From positions 1 through 12,616 of IMG/VR virus record IMGVR_UViG_2609459844_000008: 12,616 bases of DNA, one strand, 5' to 3'. Below, piece by piece: positions 7,306 to 12,616 of this stretch. How positions within the stretch are numbered: position 1 is the first letter of the stretch; each line of letters begins with the position of its first letter. The position numbers were made by a program, and so were the translations under genes. Below the pieces are notes generated by a model, which was given only the letters and a program-made list of their open reading frames with translations, was not told where the DNA came from and did not search any database. The stretch comes from a virus. Taxonomy: Duplodnaviria; Heunggongvirae; Uroviricota; Caudoviricetes.

Positions 7306-8298
7306 TCAGAATGTCAATTTGTTACTGGATTTACCGAATTTGTCAGACATGGCTCCCAGGCCAGCCAGGACATCGACCTGTCGCTGTCGCCCACCTCCGT
7401 GAGCGGCTGGCTGTTGCCAGTAATCTTCGAAGTGACGATCGGGTCCAAAGAACGTCGCAGCCTGCTTCACGAACTGTGTGCCGGTATTTCCTGTAGCACG
7501 TACCCAGGCGGCATACCGCTTCACGCCATCAAGCATGGTCTCCGGTTTTATTCCCTCCCTGATACGGGCTTTCCAGGCTTTGAAGGCTGCTGACTTGGAA
7601 TTGCCACCAGCACGTTTGGGATATTCCTGCCAGGCCTGTTCAAATTCCGGTGAATATTCCTGTCGGGCAGAACGCGCTGGCGCAGACGCGTCAGCGGATG
7701 CATCAATAGTGTTTTTAGTCTCCGTTGTAATCTCTGTAGTAATCTCTGTATTTGTATCAACATTCGGCGTATCCCCTGTTCCGTTATGACGTCGGGGGGT
7801 GTTCCGTTTTAACGTAATAGCTGTATCGCTGATTGCATTATTGCTGTTACTTTCTGGCGAAACAGAAGAAGGTGTGGTGATGGCCGCAATTGCCTGTGGG
7901 TTGATCCCGACAAACAAAATATTGCTGCATTTCACCCCATCGAGCATTTCCACCGTGCGTAAATCCAGAGTAATAAACCCTGTATCGCGCAGACGCTTCA
8001 GCGCATCTGCGGTTTCCCTTTTCCCGAAACCAAACTGCTCAGCAAACGCCTGGTAGCTTCTTTGCAGTTTGTCGCCCTGAAAACGCTTGCGATATCCCAG
8101 CAACGCTCCGGTGTGCTCATCCCTGACCTCTGTCGGGCGGTACCAGTAAACGATCTCTGAAAGCAGAGCGATAGCCGTCGCATCCGGACGCCCACTGGGT
8201 AGTCGAATATATTTCCACCAGTTCGCAGGTGTAACATTGCCGGAAATATTAATTTGACCAATAGCCATAACTTCCGGTGTGGGGGCGTAACGGCTCAT
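7306..8298 (-). CDS. Phage replication initiator / replisome organiser, lambda O-like (330 aa)
   Basis: ATG 8298 with SD AAGGAGG upstream. N-terminal domain and C-terminal region (EYSPEFEQAWQEYPKRAGG...AAWVRATGNTG...) separated by a low-complexity T/E/I/S-rich linker; sits directly upstream of the loader and helicase genes. Confidence 0.85.
   Translation of the reverse strand: MSRYAPTPEVMAIGQINISGNVTPANWWKYIRLPSGRPDATAIALLSEIVYWYRPTEVRDEHTGALLGYRKRFQGDKLQRSYQAFAEQFGFGKRETADALKRLRDTGFITLDLRTVEMLDGVKCSNILFVGINPQAIAAITTPSSVSPESNSNNAISDTAITLKRNTPRRHNGTGDTPNVDTNTEITTEITTETKNTIDASADASAPARSARQEYSPEFEQAWQEYPKRAGGNSKSAAFKAWKARIREGIKPETMLDGVKRYAAWVRATGNTGTQFVKQAATFFGPDRHFEDYWQQPAAHGGGRQRQVDVLAGLGAMSDKFGKSSNKLTF
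7727..7750. repeat. 12-bp direct repeat, 2 tandem copies, in the linker-coding part of the O-like gene
   Basis: GTAATCTCTGTA at 7727-7738 and 7739-7750, encoding TEITTEIT, with degenerate related sequence on both sides. Confidence 0.8.
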
Positions 8299-8594
8299 AC
8301 AACCTCCTTCCGCGGCATGAGAATTGTGTAGCCACGCGCAGGTTGTAGTCTGGCTTTTGCATCAATAGTAAGCGTTGCAATTTTTCGGATATGAAGATAA
8401 CCAGCTCTTTCCAGTGCCAGGGTTTCCCTGAATATCGCTTGCTTAGAACAACAGCAGAAATCAGCAAGCACCTGATGATCAATAACTCTCTCGCCTTCAC
8501 CGTCTGAAGAACCCGACATCAAAACACGCAACATAACCAGGCGCTGAATCGGGTTATCGAAAGCACATCCGCACACAAACTGAAAACAGTTCAC
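8295..8594 (-). CDS. Hypothetical protein (99 aa), possible winged-helix DNA-binding fold
   Basis: GTG start overlapping the upstream stop (GTGA); stop overlaps the O-like ATG (ATGA). Segment VLADFCCCSKQAIFRETLALERAGYLHIRK resembles a recognition helix and wing. Start codon uncertain. Confidence 0.55.
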   Translation of the reverse strand: MNCFQFVCGCAFDNPIQRLVMLRVLMSGSSDGEGERVIDHQVLADFCCCSKQAIFRETLALERAGYLHIRKIATLTIDAKARLQPARGYTILMPRKEVV

Positions 8595-8815
8595 GCCACA
8601 CCTCCCAGACGCTTAAACATTTTTCCAGACAGAAATACCGCCAGAGGGTAACTGATGGTGTAGCTACGCCCCTGTAGTTCGCACACGACTTTCTGGCTTT
8701 CAGCGTTGACCAGGCAAACCCGCAGAACGTGACCGTTGCTGGTGGCGAACCACTGCCCCACACGGGGGCAACGGTTGTATCGGTGATACAGGGAATTAAC
8801 GATGTGGCGGATCAT
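8591..8815 (-). CDS. Hypothetical protein (74 aa)
   Basis: ATG 8815 with SD GGAGGTG 7 nt upstream; 4-nt overlaps with both neighbours. Confidence 0.6.
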   Translation of the reverse strand: MIRHIVNSLYHRYNRCPRVGQWFATSNGHVLRVCLVNAESQKVVCELQGRSYTISYPLAVFLSGKMFKRLGGVA

Positions 8816-9006
8816 GGATGCACCTCCGCCGTAGTTACGTATTTAACCGGGCTACCTTTCATTGAGATGGTTTCACACATCTCTGCCGCTTTCAGTTCCG
8901 CTGTTTTTCTGGATTTATAGCGACGGTGCCAGACAGATACATCCGTGCGAACTGATACATCGTTTCTGTATTCCGTAGTGGAGATGATGATTTCGTAACT
9001 AATCAT
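8812..9006 (-). CDS. Hypothetical protein (64 aa)
   Basis: ATG 9006 with SD AAGGAGG upstream; ATGA overlap with the Rha-like stop. Confidence 0.6.
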   Translation of the reverse strand: MISYEIIISTTEYRNDVSVRTDVSVWHRRYKSRKTAELKAAEMCETISMKGSPVKYVTTAEVHP

Positions 9007-9554
9007 GGGCGAACCTCCTTGTCAGAACCATTCAGCCTGGAATCAACAAGTGCAGCGCCAAAAACAGCATCACCAACACGGTCGTACAGTTTGCTAGCCA
9101 GCGGAGATTCAATGGCCTTAAGCATTGGATAAAGCTGGCTTGTCCAGATTTGATGGATTTCACGCAAATGCAGGTATACGCCTCTGGCGTTTCGTGCGAC
9201 AGCTGACATATCAACCGCGTCAGCACCAGATAAATTCTTCTCCATCTGGTTAAAGGCGTTGATGTATGCCTCTTTGAACCGGGCTGCACGTTTGCCAGTA
9301 AAGCCCATAGCAAGGAACGCGAAGCCATCACGGGTGATTTGATAGCAAGGTAGTTTGCGGCCTGTGCAATCGGTGTAATCACTCACCGAAAAATTGCGGG
9401 CAGTGAATGATGCGGAGCATTCAAGCGTGCGGATCTTTTTCAGTACATCGTCATGACGCTTGGAGAAGAAGTTGGCAACAGCCAGGGATGAAGTAACAGC
9501 CTGACCATCAACGATGGCAATTTCAGGTTGAGTGAGGGTTGGGATCGTAGCCAT
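9003..9554 (-). CDS. Phage regulatory protein Rha family (183 aa)
   Basis: Start set at the internal ATG 9554..9552 with SD GGAGG 8 nt upstream; the 100-codon extension up to 9854 has no RBS and is low-complexity. Product has Rha hallmarks: FSKRHDDVLKKIR, YQITRDGFAFLAMGFTGKRAARFKEAYINAFNQME. Confidence 0.8.
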   Translation of the reverse strand: MATIPTLTQPEIAIVDGQAVTSSLAVANFFSKRHDDVLKKIRTLECSASFTARNFSVSDYTDCTGRKLPCYQITRDGFAFLAMGFTGKRAARFKEAYINAFNQMEKNLSGADAVDMSAVARNARGVYLHLREIHQIWTSQLYPMLKAIESPLASKLYDRVGDAVFGAALVDSRLNGSDKEVRP

Positions 9555-9938
9555 GATGGCAGCCTCCGTTGACTGTGGAAAACTTCCACCACCGGAGCTG
9601 CGAAACTCACTGGTGGCAGACTGAACAGGGTTCGCAGTACCGGCGTCAACGGAGACCGGCGAGCCTTTCGGCTCCCCTGCCCAGCCCACCATAATTCTGG
9701 CGTGCGTGAGCGCGGACGATAAAAAAGACGCTGGCGCGTCATATATCGCCGTTGACAATTCCGGGCTGCGACCCCCGGCACCCGCTTTATAAGGTGCAGA
9801 GACAGTGTAACGTCCCGAAATTGCAGAATCAATATTTGGTCTTGAAATGATCATATAGCTGCTGATATCTTTAGAACTGTTCTTGGATGTTTCGGAGCCG
9901 TTTTATGCGAAACAGCTCCCCGTTATTGATGTTGAGTG

Positions 9939-9963
9939 AGCCGGGTTACTCCCGGCTTTTTTT
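9939..9963 (+). terminator. Strong intrinsic terminator on the plus strand with no plus-strand gene upstream
   Basis: Perfect 7-bp stem AGCCGGG(9939-9945)/CCCGGCT(9951-9957), loop TTACT, then seven T through 9963. It abuts the stop codon (9965..9963) of the minus-strand gene; on the minus strand it is preceded by A and not followed by U. Confidence 0.6.
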
Positions 9964-10358
9964 CACCGCTGCCAACCAATAACCTGAAATAACCCCATTT
10001 TCGGGTGATACCAGCGAGTCCCTCGCGGTTCTGCTTCCTCCATAACCCGATAAAAAGCAGCCATAAACGGTTCCACAGCAACAATTGCGCGACGTGACAA
10101 CAATCCGTCCGGCGTCATGAACTCATGTGTGTCTGTAGGAATTTGATAGGCGTTCACCAGATTGCGGCATTTATCATCTGACAAACCGGTTTTTGCTTTC
10201 AGTTGGCGATATCCGGCATAGCCCTCACGAATAGTGCCCTTTTTAATTTGCTCGACTGTTTCAGCAACGTGGCTGACTTTTTCTTCCACCTGAGTGATCC
10301 GTTTCTGCTGACGAACTGCTTCAAGAGCCATCGCGGCAACCATTTCGATTTCGCTCAT
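9963..10358 (-). CDS. Hypothetical prophage protein (131 aa); first gene of the minus-strand block
   Basis: ATG 10358 has no convincing SD. The frame is stop-free for 53 more codons upstream (to TGA at 10520..10518) but contains no ATG/GTG/TTG. No recognised domain. Confidence 0.55.
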   Translation of the reverse strand: MSEIEMVAAMALEAVRQQKRITQVEEKVSHVAETVEQIKKGTIREGYAGYRQLKAKTGLSDDKCRNLVNAYQIPTDTHEFMTPDGLLSRRAIVAVEPFMAAFYRVMEEAEPRGTRWYHPKMGLFQVIGWQR

Positions 10359-10520
10359 TGGCTTACGGATCTGTTCTTCCAGTTCGCGCCAGCGATCTAC
10401 CAGGCGAGCAGTGAATTCAGGACAGAGCTGTGCGACGACAATGATGCTGTCGCGCTTAACTCCGGATGGTTGGATAAGCTGTAGTGAGCGAATGCCGGAC
10501 GACAGGCAGGAGGTGAATCA

Positions 10521-10622
10521 ATGAGCTGGCCTGATGCAATCGTAACTCTGGGGGGTGGTATTCGCAGCAGCGTTTGTTGTGTTCTCGATTTGTCGATGGG
10601 GATAACCACATGTTCGCTTTGA
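10521..10622 (+). CDS. Candidate small ORF (33 aa) with a strong RBS, overlapping the start of the next gene; possible leader/upstream ORF
   Basis: AGGAGGTGA at 10508-10516, ATG 10521; product MSWPDAIVTLGGGIRSSVCCVLDLSMGITTCSL; TGA 10620-10622 overlaps the downstream ATG at 10610 out of frame. Below the size cut of the ORF track. Confidence 0.3.
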   Translation: MSWPDAIVTLGGGIRSSVCCVLDLSMGITTCSL

Positions 10623-10852
10623 TTCAACGCGGTCAGATATACACGGACAGAGCCGGATACCCCGTGGTGATTACTCGCATCACTGAGCACTCAGTGTTCT
10701 TTCGACGGATGGACGGACGATCCGGGCGGGTACGCATTGGTGAGTTAAACTGCCTGTTCGAACATATTGACCACCAGGAGTACCGCAAAATTCTCGCGGA
10801 CACTGAGCAGGAAAAGCACCTGAAAAAATTACGAGCCATAAAAAGGAAGTAA
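10610..10852 (+). CDS. Hypothetical small prophage protein (80 aa)
   Basis: Internal ATG 10610 preferred over the TTG at 10574. Product MFALIQRGQIYTDRAGYPVVITRITEHSVFFRRMDGRSGRVRIGELN...; TAA at 10850-10852. Confidence 0.6.
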   Translation: MFALIQRGQIYTDRAGYPVVITRITEHSVFFRRMDGRSGRVRIGELNCLFEHIDHQEYRKILADTEQEKHLKKLRAIKRK

Positions 10853-10855
10853 AGA

Positions 10856-11002
10856 ATGAATAAAGCATTTGAACGATGGGTCCACCAGCGTTACGGCAAT
10901 CGCTATTACCTGACGCGAGATGTTGACGGCTTCTACTGTCGTGAAGTTGTGAAGCGAATGTTTGAAGTGTGGTGCCACTGCCGTGGGCTGAGTGTTGTGT
11001 GA
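10856..11002 (+). CDS. Candidate small protein (48 aa) with a C-terminal Cys/His cluster
   Basis: ATG 10856 three nt after the upstream stop, with AGGAAG 4 nt upstream (short spacing, probably coupled). Product MNKAFERWVHQRYGNRYYLTRDVDGFYCREVVKRMFEVWCHCRGLSVV; TGA 11000-11002 lies 8 nt before the next ATG. Not in the ORF track. Confidence 0.45.
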   Translation: MNKAFERWVHQRYGNRYYLTRDVDGFYCREVVKRMFEVWCHCRGLSVV

Positions 11003-11010
11003 GGTAATAC

Positions 11011-11247
11011 ATGGGCAATGTGATTCAACTGGCTCCCAATGAATGGGTTTGTGAAAGCGTTCTTATCGCAATTACCGGGCTCAAACCAGGCACAATTCTT
11101 CGGGCCCGGAAAGAATGCTGGATGGTTGGAAGAGAGTATATTCACGTATCACCAGACGGTAATCCAAAGCCTTCCAGTGAATGTATGTATAACAGAAAAG
11201 CAATAGATGCCTGGGTCGCCTCAATGAAAAACAAACAACCCAGGTGA
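11011..11247 (+). CDS. Excisionase-like small DNA-binding protein (78 aa)
   Basis: ATG 11011 with GAGG 6 nt upstream; immediately upstream of and co-oriented with the integrase. Resemblance to prophage excisionase-like proteins is from memory. Confidence 0.65.
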   Translation: MGNVIQLAPNEWVCESVLIAITGLKPGTILRARKECWMVGREYIHVSPDGNPKPSSECMYNRKAIDAWVASMKNKQPR

Positions 11248-11302
11248 TTTAATATCATGAAATATGTAAGCTCGTATCGCTCTTGGGCGTCTGGAGGTAT
11301 CG

Positions 11303-12616
11303 ATGGATAAAGTCAAATATCCAACAGGCGTCGAAAACCACGGCGGCACATTACGCATCTGGTTTAATTTTAAAGGTAAACGTGTCAGGGAAAATCTTGG
11401 TGTCCCTGACACTGCCAAGAACAGGAAGATCGCCGGGGAACTGCGGACATCAGTATGTTTTGCCATCCGCACAGGAAGCTTTGATTATGCTGCACAGTTC
11501 CCTGACTCCCCCAACCTTCAGGCTTTTGGGGTAAGTAAAAAAGAAATTACGGTGAAGGAACTTGAAGAAAAGTGGCTGGATCTGAAACGAATGGAAATCT
11601 CTGCAAATGCATTCAATCGCTATGAATCCGTTGCAAGAACGATGGCTCCGAAAATTGGAGGCAGTAGACTGGTGTCATCGGTAACCAAAGAGGAATTGCT
11701 GTATATCAGGAAAGATTTGCTTACCGGGTATCAGAATTCAACGAAAAACAAAGCAGCAGCAAAAGGACGGAGCGTCGTTACTGTAAATTATTACATGACG
11801 ACAATCGCTGGAATGTTTCAGTTTGCTGCAGATCACGGTTACTTAGAAGCAAATCCCTTCCAGGGAATTAAGCCTCTTAAAAGAGCCAGGGCAGAGCCAG
11901 ATCCGCTAACTCGTGACGAATTTATTCGCCTGATAGATGCTTGCCGACATCAGCAGACGAAAAACCTGTGGTCATTGGCTGTGTACACAGGAATGCGTCA
12001 CGGTGAACTGGTCTCCCTGGCCTGGGAAGATATCGATCTGAAGGCAGGAACAATTACCATCAGGCGCAATTATACGAAACTTGGTGAGTTCACTCTACCG
12101 AAAACTGAAGCAAGCACAAACAGGGTTGTGCACCTTATCCAGCCCGCTATCAGTGTCCTGAAAAATCAGGCTGAAATGACAAGACTGGGTAAGCAGTACA
12201 ACATCAAGGTGCAACTACGTGAATATGGACGTTCAGTGAACCATGAATGTACTTTCGTGTTTAACCCTCAAGTGGTTAGAAAAAGCGAACAGGTAGGTTT
12301 TGTCTACAAAGTCGATTCTGTAGGTGACTCATGGGAAACAGCCATTAAGCGTGCAGGGATCAGGCATCGAAAGGCATACCAGTCACGACACACTTATGCG
12401 TGCTGGTCATTATCTGCCGGAGCAAACCCAAGCTTCATTGCCAGCCAGATGGGCCATGCAAGTGCCCAGATGGTATTCAATGTATACGGAGCATGGATGA
12501 CTGACAGCAATGCAGAACAGATCGCAATGCTGAATCAGAAGCTGACAGATTATGTCCCAATGATGCCCCATAGTCACCAAAGTGACACCAGAGGCTTATT
12601 AAAATCAGTAAGTTAA
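11303..12616 (+). CDS. int: Tyrosine site-specific recombinase / phage integrase (437 aa)
   Basis: ATG 11303 with SD GGAGGT at 11293-11298. C-terminal catalytic domain with ...YTGMRHGELVSLAWEDIDL... (Arg), ...RHTYACWSL... (His-x-x-Arg) and ...MGHASAQMVFNVYGAW... (His and Tyr). TAA at 12614-12616. Overall resemblance to Stx-phage 933W-type integrases is recalled, not tested. Confidence 0.95.
   Translation: MDKVKYPTGVENHGGTLRIWFNFKGKRVRENLGVPDTAKNRKIAGELRTSVCFAIRTGSFDYAAQFPDSPNLQAFGVSKKEITVKELEEKWLDLKRMEISANAFNRYESVARTMAPKIGGSRLVSSVTKEELLYIRKDLLTGYQNSTKNKAAAKGRSVVTVNYYMTTIAGMFQFAADHGYLEANPFQGIKPLKRARAEPDPLTRDEFIRLIDACRHQQTKNLWSLAVYTGMRHGELVSLAWEDIDLKAGTITIRRNYTKLGEFTLPKTEASTNRVVHLIQPAISVLKNQAEMTRLGKQYNIKVQLREYGRSVNHECTFVFNPQVVRKSEQVGFVYKVDSVGDSWETAIKRAGIRHRKAYQSRHTYACWSLSAGANPSFIASQMGHASAQMVFNVYGAWMTDSNAEQIAMLNQKLTDYVPMMPHSHQSDTRGLLKSVS

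Larger units (their letters stand above)
1..12616. mobile_element. Segment of a lambdoid prophage (late-region start through replication/nin genes to the integrase end); prophage boundaries lie outside the window
   Basis: Gene content and order: integrase and excisionase-like genes, O-like/DnaC-like/DnaB-like replication module, Q-like antiterminator, phage-type tRNA cluster, porin moron, NanS-p-like esterase. No att sites could be identified inside the window. Confidence 0.85.

Noticed and set aside
6798-8261. ORFs 6798..7058, 7055..7402, 7266..7496, 7399..7593, 7478..7789, 7548..7763, 7799..8056 and 7998..8261
   Set aside because: Alternative-frame or antisense ORFs inside the loader and initiator genes, which carry clear family motifs.
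9555-9854. 100-codon N-terminal extension of the Rha-like ORF, and the overlapping minus-strand ORF 9440..9832
   Set aside because: No RBS at either start (one is TTG), translations are low-complexity and Arg/Ser/Gly/Pro-rich, and the Rha domain begins at the internal ATG 9554 with a strong GGAGG site.
9887-9982. 31-codon plus-strand ORF running through the 9939-9963 terminator
   Set aside because: No RBS, and it would be cut by its own terminator hairpin; the region is better explained as a non-coding RNA 3' end.
1-12616. CRISPR arrays, insertion sequences, restriction-modification or toxin-antitoxin modules
   Set aside because: No spacer-repeat periodicity, no inverted-repeat-flanked transposase, and no ORF with methyltransferase, restriction or toxin-like features was seen; the only repeats are the two short tandem duplications inside replication genes.

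Overview
This window reads as part of an enterobacterial (E. coli-like) lambdoid prophage, seen from the start of the late region to the integrase end. All calls are from manual reading and recalled family signatures; no searches or tools were run. Left to right: the 5' part of a minus-strand NanS-p-like esterase gene (1..471); a ~490 bp gene-free spacer with terminator hairpins; three minus-strand tRNAs (Arg-UCU, Arg-UCG, Ile2/Met-CAU) with their own promoter and terminator; an AT-rich region; a plus-strand OmpD/NmpC/Lc-family porin gene (2032..3114); then a tightly coupled minus-strand operon (Q-like antiterminator, DUF968/HNH-like protein, DnaB-like helicase, DnaC-like loader, O-like initiator, three small genes, Rha-like regulator); a ~400 bp non-coding leader; and a plus-strand block of small genes, an excisionase-like gene and a tyrosine integrase (11303..12616). 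The Q - tRNA cluster - NanS-p arrangement matches Stx-converting phages, but no toxin genes are present and no cI/cro/N-type immunity genes are recognisable. No CRISPR array, IS element or obvious defence system was found. The points most worth checking are an orphan plus-strand terminator that may mark an antisense RNA opposite the Rha leader, the apparently absent immunity region, and an ileZ-like tRNA that seems to carry a 4-nt deletion in its anticodon stem.
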